From: Auanema rhodensis
Taxonomy: Eukaryota; Animalia; Nematoda
DNA length: 64,000 nucleotides
Direction: 5' to 3'
Assembly (NCBI GenBank): GCA_964057225.1
Contig: OZ059900.1
Span: 26,226,001 to 26,290,000 of the forward strand
Of the stretch, positions 12,000 through 26,900 are shown piece by piece (position 1 is the first letter of the stretch; each line of letters starts with the position of its first letter). The notes beneath the pieces are model-generated. The model was not told the origin of the DNA and did not search any database. It saw nothing but the letters and a program-made list of their open reading frames with translations. Both the position numbers and the translations under genes were made by a program.

Positions 12000-14900
12000 C
12001 ACGCTGAAATTCGTTGCATTTGACGACTCATATGAACAAAAATCGATTTAATCAATATTAGCCATGAGGGGCGTGCCCTCAGAATATGCTAATTTCCTTA
12101 ATTTTCTAACCCCTGCTTTTTTGTCGTGAAAGTGGAACTAGACGTTTTACGAACAATTTTGAGCTAGGTTTCATTGACATTGCATGAGTTTGAACACATG
12201 AAATCGTAAGTCAAAACCTTGTTTACAGCGAAATTTCCAAAAACTGGTTTTCCAGCATAATAAAATATTTCTCATGGGAAATACTGTGTTTTTGTATTTT
12301 TCTAGTGTTCAGCATGTAAAATGCTTCATTTTAGTATGTAACACGCTGAAATTCGTTGCATTTGACGACTCATATGAACAAAAATCGATTTAATCAATAT
12401 TAGCCATAAGGGGCGTGCCCTCAGAATATGCTAATTTCCTTAATTTTCTAACCCCTGTTTTTTTGTCGTGAAAGTGGAACTAGACGTTGTACGAACAATT
12501 TTGAGCTAGGTTTCATTGACATTGCATGAGTTTGAACACATGAAATCGTAAGTCAAAACCTTGTTTACAGCGAAATTTCCAAAAACTGGTTTTCCAGCAT
12601 AATAAAATATTTCTCATGGGAAATACTGTGTTTTTGTATTTTTCTAGTGTTCAGCACGTAAAATGCTTCATTTTAGTATGTAACACGCTGAAATTCGTTG
12701 CATTTGACGACTCATATGAACAAAAATCGATTTAATCAATATTAGCCATAAGGGGCGTGCCCTCAGAATATGCTAATTTCCTTAATTTTCTAACCCCTGT
12801 TTTTTTGTCGTGAAAGTGGAACTAGACGTTTTACGAACAATTTTGAGCTAGGTTTCATTGACATTGCATGAGTTTGAACACATGAAATCGTAAGTCAAAA
12901 CCTTGTTTACAGCGAAATTTCCAAAAACTGGTTTTCCAGCATAATAAAATATTTCTCATGGGAAATACTGTGTTTTTGTATTTTTCTAGTGTTCAGCATG
13001 TAAAATGCTTCATTTTAGTATGTAACACGCTGAAATTCGTTGCATTTGACGACTCATATGAACAAAAATCGATTTAATCAATATTAGCCATGAGGGGCGT
13101 GCCCTCAGAATATGCTAATTTCCTTAATTTTCTAACCCCTGCTTTTTTGTCGTGAAAGTGGAACTAGACGTTTTACGAACAATTTTGAGCTAGGTTTCAT
13201 TGACATTGCATGAGTTTGAACACATGAAATCGTAAGTCAAAACCTTGTTTACAGCGAAATTTCCAAAAACTGGTTTTCCAGCATAATAAAATATTTCTCA
13301 TGGGAAATACTGTGTTTTTGTATTTTTCTAGTGTTCAGCATGTAAAATGCTTCATTTTAGTATGTAACACGCTGAAATTCGTTGCATTTGACGACTCATA
13401 TGAACAAAAATCGATTTAATCAATATTAGCCATAAGGGGCGTGCCCTCAGAATATGCTAATTTCCTTAATTTTCTAACCCCTGTTTTTTTGTCGTGAAAG
13501 TGGAACTAGACGTTGTACGAACAATTTTGAGCTAGGTTTCATTGACATTGCATGAGTTTGAACACATGAAATCGTAAGTCAAAACCTTGTTTACAGCGAA
13601 ATTTCCAAAAACTGGTTTTCCAGCATAATAAAATATTTCTCATGGGAAATACTGTGTTTTTGTATTTTTCTAGTGTTCAGCATGTAAAATGCTTCATTTT
13701 AGTATGTAACACGCTGAAATTCGTTGCATTTGACGACTCATATGAACAAAAATCGATTTAATCAATATTAGCCATAAGGGGCGTGCCCTCAGAATATGCT
13801 AATTTCCTTAATTTTCTAACCCCTGTTTTTTTGTCGTGAAAGTGGAACTAGACGTTTTACGAACAATTTTGAGCTAGGTTTCATTGACATTGCATGAGTT
13901 TGAACACATGAAATCGTAAGTCAAAACCTTGTTTACAGCGAAATTTCCAAAAACTGGTTTTCCAGCATAATAAAATATTTCTCATGGGAAATACTGTGTT
14001 TTTGTATTTTTCTAGTGTTCAGCATGTAAAATGCTTCATTTTAGTATGTAACACGCTGAAATTCGTTGCATTTGACGACTCATATGAACAAAAATCGATT
14101 TAATCAATATTAGCCATAAGGGGCGTGCCCTCAGAATATGCTAATTTCCTTAATTTTCTAACCCCTGTTTTTTTGTCGTGAAAGTGGAACTAGACGTTTT
14201 ACGAACAATTTTGAGCTAGGTTTCATTGACATTGCATGAGTTTGAACACATGAAATCGTAAGTCAAAACCTTGTTTACAGCGAAATTTCCAAAAACTGGT
14301 TTTCCAGCATAATAAAATATTTCTCATGGGAAATACTGTGTTTTTGTATTTTTCTAGTGTTCAGCATGTAAAATGCTTCATTTTAGTATGTAACACGCTG
14401 AAATTCGTTGCATTTGACGACTCATATGAACAAAAATCGATTTAATCAATATTAGCCATAAGGGGCGTGCCCTCAGAATATGCTAATTTCCTTAATTTTC
14501 TAACCCCTGTTTTTTTGTCGTGAAAGTGGAACTAGACGTTGTACGAACAATTTTGAGCTAGGTTTCATTGACATTGCATGAGTTTGAACACATGAAATCG
14601 TAAGTCAAAACCTTGTTTACAGCGAAATTTCCAAAAACTGGTTTTCCAGCATAATAAAATATTTCTCATGGGAAATACTGTGTTTTTGTATTTTTCTAGT
14701 GTTCAGCATGTAAAATGCTTCATTTTAGTATGTAACACGCTGAAATTCGTTGCATTTGACGACTCATATGAACAAAAATCGATTTAATCAATATTAGCCA
14801 TAAGGGGCGTGCCCTCAGAATATGCTAATTTCCTTAATTTTCTAACCCCTGTTTTTTTGTCGTGAAAGTGGAACTAGACGTTGTACGAACAATTTTGAGC

Positions 14901-17900
14901 TAGGTTTCATTGACATTGCATGAGTTTGAACACATGAAATCGTAAGTCAAAACCTTGTTTACAGCGAAATTTCCAAAAACTGGTTTTCCAGCATAATAAA
15001 ATATTTCTCATGGGAAATACTGTGTTTTTGTATTTTTCTAGTGTTCAGCATGTAAAATGCTTCATTTTAGTATGTAACACGCTGAAATTCGTTGCATTTG
15101 ACGACTCATATGAACAAAAATCGATTTAATCAATATTAGCCATAAGGGGCGTGCCCTCAGAATATGCTAATTTCCTTAATTTTCTAACCCCTGTTTTTTT
15201 GTCGTGAAAGTGGAACTAGACGTTGTACGAACAATTTTGAGCTAGGTTTCATTGACATTGCATGAGTTTGAACACATGAAATCGTAAGTCAAAACCTTGT
15301 TTACAGTGAAATTTCCAAAAACTGGTTTTCCAGCATAATAAAATATTTCTCATGGGAAATACTGTGTTTTTGTATTTTTCTAGTGTTCAGCATGTAAAAT
15401 GCTTCATTTTAGTATGTAACACGCTGAAATTCGTTGCATTTGACGACTCATATGAACAAAAATCGATTTAATCAATATTAGCCATAAGGGGCGTGCCCTC
15501 AGAATATGCTAATTTCCTTAATTTTCTAACCCCTGTTTTTTTGTCGTGAAAGTGGAACTAGACGTTGTACGAACAATTTTGAGCTAGGTTTCATTGACAT
15601 TGCATGAGTTTGAACACATGAAATCGTAAGTCAAAACCTTGTTTACAGCGAAATTTCCAAAAACTGGTTTTCCAGCATAATAAAATATTTCTCATGGGAA
15701 ATACTGTGTTTTTGTATTTTTCTAGTGTTCAGCATGTAAAATGCTTCATTTTAGTATGTAACACGCTGAAATTCGTTGCATTTGACGACTCATATGAACA
15801 AAAATCGATTTAATCAATATTAGCCATAAGGGGCGTGCCCTCAGAATATGCTAATTTCCTTAATTTTCTAACCCCTGTTTTTTTGTCGTGAAAGTGGAAC
15901 TAGACGTTGTACGAACAATTTTGAGCTAGGTTTCATTGACATTGCATGAGTTTGAACACATGAAATCGTAAGTCAAAACCTTGTTTACAGCGAAATTTCC
16001 AAAAACTGGTTTTCCAGCATAATAAAATATTTCTCATGGGAAATACTGTGTTTTTGTATTTTTCTAGTGTTCAGCATGTAAAATGCTTCATTTTAGTATG
16101 TAACACGCTGAAATTCGTTGCATTTGACGACTCATATGAACAAAAATCGATTTAATCAATATCAATATTAGCCATAAGGGGCGTGCCCTCAGAATATGCT
16201 AATTTCCTTAATTTTCTAACCCCTGTTTTTTTGTCGTGAAAGTGGAACTAGACGTTTTACGAACAATTTTGAGCTAGGTTTCATTGACATTGCATGAGTT
16301 TGAACACATGAAATCGTAAGTCAAAACCTTGTTTACAGCGAAATTTCCAAAAACTGGTTTTCCAGCATAATAAAATATTTCTCATGGGAAATACTGTGTT
16401 TTTGTATTTTTCTAGTGTTCAGCATGTAAAATGCTTCATTTTAGTATGTAACACGCTGAAATTCGTTGCATTTGACGACTCATATGAACAAAAATCGATT
16501 TAATCAATATTAGCCATGAGGGGCGTGCCCTCAGAATATGCTAATTTCCTTAATTTTCTAACCCCTGCTTTTTTGTCGTGAAAGTGGAACTAGACGTTTT
16601 ACGAACAATTTTGAGCTAGGTTTCATTGACATTGCATGAGTTTGAACACATGAAATCGTAAGTCAAAACCTTGTTTACAGCGAAATTTCCAAAAACTGGT
16701 TTTCCAGCATAATAAAATATTTCTCATGGGAAATACTGTGTTTTTGTATTTTTCTAGTGTTCAGCATGTAAAATGCTTCATTTTAGTATGTAACACGCTG
16801 AAATTCGTTGCATTTGACGACTCATATGAACAAAAATCGATTTAATCAATATTAGCCATAAGGGGCGTGCCCTCAGAATATGCTAATTTCCTTAATTTTC
16901 TAACCCCTGTTTTTTTGTCGTGAAAGTGGAACTAGACGTTGTACGAACAATTTTGAGCTAGGTTTCATTGACATTGCATGAGTTTGAACACATGAAATCG
17001 TAAGTCAAAACCTTGTTTACAGCGAAATTTCCAAAAACTGGTTTTCCAGCATAATAAAATATTTCTCATGGGAAATACTGTGTTTTTGTATTTTTCTAGT
17101 GTTCAGCATGTAAAATGCTTCATTTTAGTATGTAACACGCTGAAATTCGTTGCATTTGACGACTCATATGAACAAAAATCGATTTAATCAATATTAGCCA
17201 TAAGGGGCGTGCCCTCAGAATATGCTAATTTCCTTAATTTTCTAACCCCTGTTTTTTTGTCGTGAAAGTGGAACTAGACGTTGTACGAACAATTTTGAGC
17301 TAGGTTTCATTGACATTGCATGAGTTTGAACACATGAAATCGTAAGTCAAAACCTTGTTTACAGCGAAATTTCCAAAAACTGGTTTTCCAGCATAATAAA
17401 ATATTTCTCATGGGAAATACTGTGTTTTTGTATTTTTCTAGTGTTCAGCATGTAAAATGCTTCATTTTAGTATGTAACACGCTGAAATTCGTTGCATTTG
17501 ACGACTCATATGAACAAAAATCGATTTAATCAATATTAGCCATGAGGGGCGTGCCCTCAGAATATGCTAATTTCCTTAATTTTCTAACCCCTGCTTTTTT
17601 GTCGTGAAAGTGGAACTAGACGTTTTACGAACAATTTTGAGCTAGGTTTCATTGACATTGCATGAGTTTGAACACATGAAATCGTAAGTCAAAACCTTGT
17701 TTACAGCGAAATTTCCAAAAACTGGTTTTCCAGCATAATAAAATATTTCTCATGGGAAATACTGTGTTTTTGTATTTTTCTAGTGTTCAGCATGTAAAAT
17801 GCTTCATTTTAGTATGTAACACGCTGAAATTCGTTGCATTTGACGACTCATATGAACAAAAATCGATTTAATCAATATTAGCCATAAGGGGCGTGCCCTC

Positions 17901-20900
17901 AGAATATGCTAATTTCCTTAATTTTCTAACCCCTGTTTTTTTGTCGTGAAAGTGGAACTAGACGTTGTACGAACAATTTTGAGCTAGGTTTCATTGACAT
18001 TGCATGAGTTTGAACACATGAAATCGTAAGTCAAAACCTTGTTTACAGCGAAATTTCCAAAAACTGGTTTTCCAGCATAATAAAATATTTCTCATGGGAA
18101 ATACTGTGTTTTTGTATTTTTCTAGTGTTCAGCACGTAAAATGCTTCATTTTAGTATGTAACACGCTGAAATTCGTTGCATTTGACGACTCATATGAACA
18201 AAAATCGATTTAATCAATATTAGCCATAAGGGGCGTGCCCTCAGAATATGCTAATTTCCTTAATTTTCTAACCCCTGTTTTTTTGTCGTGAAAGTGGAAC
18301 TAGACGTTTTACGAACAATTTTGAGCTAGGTTTCATTGACATTGCATGAGTTTGAACACATGAAATCGTAAGTCAAAACCTTGTTTACAGCGAAATTTCC
18401 AAAAACTGGTTTTCCAGCATAATAAAATATTTCTCATGGGAAATACTGTGTTTTTGTATTTTTCTAGTGTTCAGCATGTAAAATGCTTCATTTTAGTATG
18501 TAACACGCTGAAATTCGTTGCATTTGACGACTCATATGAACAAAAATCGATTTAATCAATATTAGCCATGAGGGGCGTGCCCTCAGAATATGCTAATTTC
18601 CTTAATTTTCTAACCCCTGCTTTTTTGTCGTGAAAGTGGAACTAGACGTTTTACGAACAATTTTGAGCTAGGTTTCATTGACATTGCATGAGTTTGAACA
18701 CATGAAATCGTAAGTCAAAACCTTGTTTACAGCGAAATTTCCAAAAACTGGTTTTCCAGCATAATAAAATATTTCTCATGGGAAATACTGTGTTTTTGTA
18801 TTTTTCTAGTGTTCAGCATGTAAAATGCTTCATTTTAGTTTGTAACACGCTGAAATTCGTTGCATTTGACGACTCATATGAACAAAAATCGATTTAATCA
18901 ATATTAGCCATAAGGGGCGTGCCCTCAGAATATGCTAATTTCCTTAATTTTCTAACCCCTGTTTTTTTGTCGTGAAAGTGGAACTAGACGTTGTACGAAC
19001 AATTTTGAGCTAGGTTTCATTGACATTGCATGAGTTTGAACACATGAAATCGTAAGTCAAAACCTTGTTTACAGCGAAATTTCCAAAAACTGGTTTTCCA
19101 GCATAATAAAATATTTCTCATGGGAAATACTGTGTTTTTGTATTTTTCTAGTGTTCAGCATGTAAAATGCTTCATTTTAGTATGTAACACGCTGAAATTC
19201 GTTGCATTTGACGACTCATATGAACAAAAATCGATTTAATCAATATTAGCCATAAGGGGCGTGCCCTCAGAATATGCTAATTTCCTTAATTTTCTAACCC
19301 CTGTTTTTTTGTCGTGAAAGTGGAACTAGACGTTTTACGAACAATTTTGAGCTAGGTTTCATTGACATTGCATGAGTTTGAACACATGAAATCGTAAGTC
19401 AAAACCTTGTTTACAGCGAAATTTCCAAAAACTGGTTTTCCAGCATAATAAAATATTTCTCATGGGAAATACTGTGTTTTTGTATTTTTCTAGTGTTCAG
19501 CATGTAAAATGCTTCATTTTAGTATGTAACACGCTGAAATTCGTTGCATTTGACGACTCATATGAACAAAAATCGATTTAATCAATATTAGCCATAAGGG
19601 GCGTGCCCTCAGAATATGCTAATTTCCTTAATTTTCTAACCCCTGTTTTTTTGTCGTGAAAGTGGAACTAGACGTTTTACGAACAATTTTGAGCTAGGTT
19701 TCATTGACATTGCATGAGTTTGAACACATGAAATCGTAAGTCAAAACCTTGTTTACAGCGAAATTTCCAAAAACTGGTTTTCCAGCATAATAAAATATTT
19801 CTCATGGGAAATACTGTGTTTTTGTATTTTTCTAGTGTTCAGCATGTAAAATGCTTCATTTTAGTATGTAACACGCTGAAATTCGTTGCATTTGACGACT
19901 CATATGAACAAAAATCGATTTAATCAATATTAGCCATAAGGGGCGTGCCCTCAGAATATGCTAATTTCCTTAATTTTCTAACCCCTGTTTTTTTGTCGTG
20001 AAAGTGGAACTAGACGTTGTACGAACAATTTTGAGCTAGGTTTCATTGACATTGCATGAGTTTGAACACATGAAATCGTAAGTCAAAACCTTGTTTACAG
20101 CGAAATTTCCAAAAACTGGTTTTCCAGCATAATAAAATATTTCTCATGGGAAATACTGTGTTTTTGTATTTTTCTAGTGTTCAGCATGTAAAATGCTTCA
20201 TTTTAGTATGTAACACGCTGAAATTCGTTGCATTTGACGACTCATATGAACAAAAATCGATTTAATCAATATTAGCCATAAGGGGCGTGCCCTCAGAATA
20301 TGCTAATTTCCTTAATTTTCTAACCCCTGTTTTTTTGTCGTGAAAGTGGAACTAGACGTTGTACGAACAATTTTGAGCTAGGTTTCATTGACATTGCATG
20401 AGTTTGAACACATGAAATCGTAAGTCAAAACCTTGTTTACAGCGAAATTTCCAAAAACTGGTTTTCCAGCATAATAAAATATTTCTCATGGGAAATACTG
20501 TGTTTTTGTATTTTTCTAGTGTTCAGCATGTAAAATGCTTCATTTTAGTATGTAACACGCTGAAATTCGTTGCATTTGACGACTCATATGAACAAAAATC
20601 GATTTAATATATTAGCCATAAGGGGCGTGCCCTCAGAATATGCTAATTTCCTTAATTTTCTAACCCCTGTTTTTTTGTCGTGAAAGTGGAACTAGACGTT
20701 GTACGAACAATTTTGAGCTAGGTTTCATTGACATTGCATGAGTTTGAACACATGAAATCGTAAGTCAAAACCTTGTTTACAGTGAAATTTCCAAAAACTG
20801 GTTTTCCAGCATAATAAAATATTTCTCATGGGAAATACTGTGTTTTTGTATTTTTCTAGTGTTCAGCATGTAAAGTGCTTCATTTTAGTATGTAACACGC

Positions 20901-23900
20901 TGAAATTCGTTGCATTTGACGACTCATATGAACAAAAATCGATTTAATCAATATTAGCCATAAGGGGCGTGCCCTCAGAATATGCTAATTTCCTTAATTT
21001 TCTAACCCCTGTTTTTTTGTCGTGAAAGTGGAACTAGACGTTGTACGAACAATTTTGAGCTAGGTTTCATTGACATTGCATGAGTTTGAACACATGAAAT
21101 CGTAAGTCAAAACCTTGTTTACAGCGAAATTTCCAAAAACTGGTTTTCCAGCATAATAAAATATTTCTCATGGGAAATACTGTGTTTTTGTATTTTTCTA
21201 GTGTTCAGCATGTAAAATGCTTCATTTTAGTATGTAACACGCTGAAATTCGTTGCATTTGACGACTCATATGAACAAAAATCGATTTAATCAATATTAGC
21301 CATAAGGGGCGTGCCCTCAGAATATGCTAATTTCCTTAATTTTCTAACCCCTGTTTTTTTGTCGTGAAAGTGGAACTAGACGTTGTACGAACAATTTTGA
21401 GCTAGGTTTCATTGACATTGCATGAGTTTGAACACATGAAATCGTAAGTCAAAACCTTGTTTACAGCGAAATTTCCAAAAACTGGTTTTCCAGCATAATA
21501 AAATATTTCTCATGGGAAATACTGTGTTTTTGTATTTTTCTAGTGTTCAGCATGTAAAATGCTTCATTTTAGTATGTAACACGCTGAAATTCGTTGCATT
21601 TGACGACTCATATGAACAAAAATCGATTTAATCAATATCAATATTAGCCATAAGGGGCGTGCCCTCAGAATATGCTAATTTCCTTAATTTTCTAACCCCT
21701 GTTTTTTTGTCGTGAAAGTGGAACTAGACGTTTTACGAACAATTTTGAGCTAGGTTTCATTGACATTGCATGAGTTTGAACACATGAAATCGTAAGTCAA
21801 AACCTTGTTTACAGCGAAATTTCCAAAAACTGGTTTTCCAGCATAATAAAATATTTCTCATGGGAAATACTGTGTTTTTGTATTTTTCTAGTGTTCAGCA
21901 TGTAAAATGCTTCATTTTAGTATGTAACACGCTGAAATTCGTTGCATTTGACGACTCATATGAACAAAAATCGATTTAATCAATATTAGCCATAAGGGGC
22001 GTGCCCTCAGAATATGCTAATTTCCTTAATTTTCTAACCCCTGTTTTTTTGTCGTGAAAGTGGAACTAGACGTTGTACGAACAATTTTGAGCTAGGTTTC
22101 ATTGACATTGCATGAGTTTGAACACATGAAATCGTAAGTCAAAACCTTGTTTACAGCGAAATTTCCAAAAACTGGTTTTCCAGCATAATAAAATATTTCT
22201 CATGGGAAATACTGTGTTTTTGTATTTTTCTAGTGTTCAGCATGTAAAATGCTTCATTTTAGTATGTAACACGCTGAAATTCGTTGCATTTGACGACTCA
22301 TATGAACAAAAATCGATTTAATATATTAGCCATAAGGGGCGTGCCCTCAGAATATGCTAATTTCCTTAATTTTCTAACCCCTGTTTTTTTGTCGTGAAAG
22401 TGGAACTAGACGTTGTACGAACAATTTTGAGCTAGGTTTCATTGACATTGCATGAGTTTGAACACATGAAATCGTAAGTCAAAACCTTGTTTACAGTGAA
22501 ATTTCCAAAAACTGGTTTTCCAGCATAATAAAATATTTCTCATGGGAAATACTGTGTTTTTGTATTTTTCTAGTGTTCAGCATGTAAAGTGCTTCATTTT
22601 AGTATGTAACACGCTGAAATTCGTTGCATTTGACGACTCATATGAACAAAAATCGATTTAATCAATATTAGCCATAAGGGGCGTGCCCTCAGAATATGCT
22701 AATTTCCTTAATTTTCTAACCCCTGTTTTTTTGTCGTGAAAGTGGAACTAGACGTTGTACGAACAATTTTGAGCTAGGTTTCATTGACATTGCATGAGTT
22801 TGAACACATGAAATCGTAAGTCAAAACCTTGTTTACAGCGAAATTTCCAAAAACTGGTTTTCCAGCATAATAAAATATTTCTCATGGGAAATACTGTGTT
22901 TTTGTATTTTTCTAGTGTTCAGCATGTAAAATGCTTCATTTTAGTATGTAACACGCTGAAATTCGTTGCATTTGACGACTCATATGAACAAAAATCGATT
23001 TAATCAATATTAGCCATAAGGGGCGTGCCCTCAGAATATGCTAATTTCCTTAATTTTCTAACCCCTGTTTTTTTGTCGTGAAAGTGGAACTAGACGTTGT
23101 ACGAACAATTTTGAGCTAGGTTTCATTGACATTGCATGAGTTTGAACACATGAAATCGTAAGTCAAAACCTTGTTTACAGCGAAATTTCCAAAAACTGGT
23201 TTTCCAGCATAATAAAATATTTCTCATGGGAAATACTGTGTTTTTGTATTTTTCTAGTGTTCAGCATGTAAAATGCTTCATTTTAGTATGTAACACGCTG
23301 AAATTCGTTGCATTTGACGACTCATATGAACAAAAATCGATTTAATCAATATCAATATTAGCCATAAGGGGCGTGCCCTCAGAATATGCTAATTTCCTTA
23401 ATTTTCTAACCCCTGTTTTTTTGTCGTGAAAGTGGAACTAGACGTTTTACGAACAATTTTGAGCTAGGTTTCATTGACATTGCATGAGTTTGAACACATG
23501 AAATCGTAAGTCAAAACCTTGTTTACAGCGAAATTTCCAAAAACTGGTTTTCCAGCATAATAAAATATTTCTCATGGGAAATACTGTGTTTTTGTATTTT
23601 TCTAGTGTTCAGCATGTAAAATGCTTCATTTTAGTATGTAACACGCTGAAATTCGTTGCATTTGACGACTCATATGAACAAAAATCGATTTAATCAATAT
23701 TAGCCATGAGGGGCGTGCCCTCAGAATATGCTAATTTCCTTAATTTTCTAACCCCTGCTTTTTTGTCGTGAAAGTGGAACTAGACGTTTTACGAACAATT
23801 TTGAGCTAGGTTTCATTGACATTGCATGAGTTTGAACACATGAAATCGTAAGTCAAAACCTTGTTTACAGCGAAATTTCCAAAAACTGGTTTTCCAGCAT

Positions 23901-26900
23901 AATAAAATATTTCTCATGGGAAATACTGTGTTTTTGTATTTTTCTAGTGTTCAGCATGTAAAATGCTTCATTTTAGTATGTAACACGCTGAAATTCGTTG
24001 CATTTGACGACTCATATGAACAAAAATCGATTTAATCAATATTAGCCATAAGGGGCGTGCCCTCAGAATATGCTAATTTCCTTAATTTTCTAACCCCTGT
24101 TTTTTTGTCGTGAAAGTGGAACTAGACGTTGTACGAACAATTTTGAGCTAGGTTTCATTGACATTGCATGAGTTTGAACACATGAAATCGTAAGTCAAAA
24201 CCTTGTTTACAGCGAAATTTCCAAAAACTGGTTTTCCAGCATAATAAAATATTTCTCATGGGAAATACTGTGTTTTTGTATTTTTCTAGTGTTCAGCATG
24301 TAAAATGCTTCATTTTAGTATGTAACACGCTGAAATTCGTTGCATTTGACGACTCATATGAACAAAAATCGATTTAATCAATATTAGCCATAAGGGGCGT
24401 GCCCTCAGAATATGCTAATTTCCTTAATTTTCTAACCCCTGTTTTTTTGTCGTGAAAGTGGAACTAGACGTTTTACGAACAATTTTGAGCTAGGTTTCAT
24501 TGACATTGCATGAGTTTGAACACATGAAATCGTAAGTCAAAACCTTGTTTACAGCGAAATTTCCAAAAACTGGTTTTCCAGCATAATAAAATATTTCTCA
24601 TGGGAAATACTGTGTTTTTGTATTTTTCTAGTGTTCAGCATGTAAAATGCTTCATTTTAGTATGTAACACGCTGAAATTCGTTGCATTTGACGACTCATA
24701 TGAACAAAAATCGATTTAATCAATATTAGCCATAAGGGGCGTGCCCTCAGAATATGCTAATTTCCTTAATTTTCTAACCCCTGTTTTTTTGTCGTGAAAG
24801 TGGAACTAGACGTTTTACGAACAATTTTGAGCTAGGTTTCATTGACATTGCATGAGTTTGAACACATGAAATCGTAAGTCAAAACCTTGTTTACAGCGAA
24901 ATTTCCAAAAACTGGTTTTCCAGCATAATAAAATATTTCTCATGGGAAATACTGTGTTTTTGTATTTTTCTAGTGTTCAGCATGTAAAATGCTTCATTTT
25001 AGTATGTAACACGCTGAAATTCGTTGCATTTGACGACTCATATGAACAAAAATCGATTTAATCAATATTAGCCATAAGGGGCGTGCCCTCAGAATATGCT
25101 AATTTCCTTAATTTTCTAACCCCTGTTTTTTTGTCGTGAAAGTGGAACTAGACGTTGTACGAACAATTTTGAGCTAGGTTTCATTGACATTGCATGAGTT
25201 TGAACACATGAAATCGTAAGTCAAAACCTTGTTTACAGCGAAATTTCCAAAAACTGGTTTTCCAGCATAATAAAATATTTCTCATGGGAAATACTGTGTT
25301 TTTGTATTTTTCTAGTGTTCAGCATGTAAAATGCTTCATTTTAGTATGTAACACGCTGAAATTCGTTGCATTTGACGACTCATATGAACAAAAATCGATT
25401 TAATCAATATTAGCCATAAGGGGCGTGCCCTCAGAATATGCTAATTTCCTTAATTTTCTAACCCCTGTTTTTTTGTCGTGAAAGTGGAACTAGACGTTGT
25501 ACGAACAATTTTGAGCTAGGTTTCATTGACATTGCATGAGTTTGAACACATGAAATCGTAAGTCAAAACCTTGTTTACAGCGAAATTTCCAAAAACTGGT
25601 TTTCCAGCATAATAAAATATTTCTCATGGGAAATACTGTGTTTTTGTATTTTTCTAGTGTTCAGCATGTAAAACGCTTCATTTTAGTATGTAACACGCTG
25701 AAATTCGTTGCATTTGACGACTCATATGAACAAAAATCGATTTAATCAATATTAGCCATAAGGGGCGTGCCCTCAGAATATGCTAATTTCCTTAATTTTC
25801 TAACCCCTGTTTTTTTGTCGTGAAAGTGGAACTAGACGTTGTACGAACAATTTTGAGCTAGGTTTCATTGACATTGCATGAGTTTGAACACATGAAATCG
25901 TAAGTCAAAACCTTGTTTACAGTGAAATTTCCAAAAACTGGTTTTCCAGCATAATAAAATATTTCTCATGGGAAATACTGTGTTTTTGTATTTTTCTAGT
26001 GTTCAGCATGTAAAATGCTTCATTTTAGTATGTAACACGCTGAAATTCGTTGCATTTGACGACTCATATGAACAAAAATCGATTTAATCAATATTAGCCA
26101 TAAGGGGCGTGCCCTCAGAATATGCTAATTTCCTTAATTTTCTAACCCCTGTTTTTTTGTCGTGAAAGTGGAACTAGACGTTGTACGAACAATTTTGAGC
26201 TAGGTTTCATTGACATTGCATGAGTTTGAACACATGAAATCGTAAGTCAAAACCTTGTTTACAGCGAAATTTCCAAAAACTGGTTTTCCAGCATAATAAA
26301 ATATTTCTCATGGGAAATACTGTGTTTTTGTATTTTTCTAGTGTTCAGCATGTAAAATGCTTCATTTTAGTATGTAACACGCTGAAATTCGTTGCATTTG
26401 ACGACTCATATGAACAAAAATCGATTTAATCAATATTAGCCATAAGGGGCGTGCCCTCAGAATATGCTAATTTCCTTAATTTTCTAACCCCTGTTTTTTT
26501 GTCGTGAAAGTGGAACTAGACGTTGTACGAACAATTTTGAGCTAGGTTTCATTGACATTGCATGAGTTTGAACACATGAAATCGTAAGTCAAAACCTTGT
26601 TTACAGCGAAATTTCCAAAAACTGGTTTTCCAGCATAATAAAATATTTCTCATGGGAAATACTGTGTTTTTGTATTTTTCTAGTGTTCAGCATGTAAAAT
26701 GCTTCATTTTAGTATGTAACACGCTGAAATTCGTTGCATTTGACGACTCATATGAACAAAAATCGATTTAATCAATATCAATATTAGCCATAAGGGGCGT
26801 GCCCTCAGAATATGCTAATTTCCTTAATTTTCTAACCCCTGTTTTTTTGTCGTGAAAGTGGAACTAGACGTTGTACGAACAATTTTGAGCTAGGTTTCAT
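12000..26900. repeat. Satellite A domain with nested 16-, 5- and 10-monomer higher-order repeats
   Basis: The 6-bp ATCAAT duplication (16155, 21631, 23345, 26771) and the CAGTGA SNP (15307, 20783, 22497, 25923) give identical offsets of 5476, 1714 and 3426. The GCACGTA SNP at 12657/18135 has offset 5478 (16x342+6). Confidence 0.9.
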
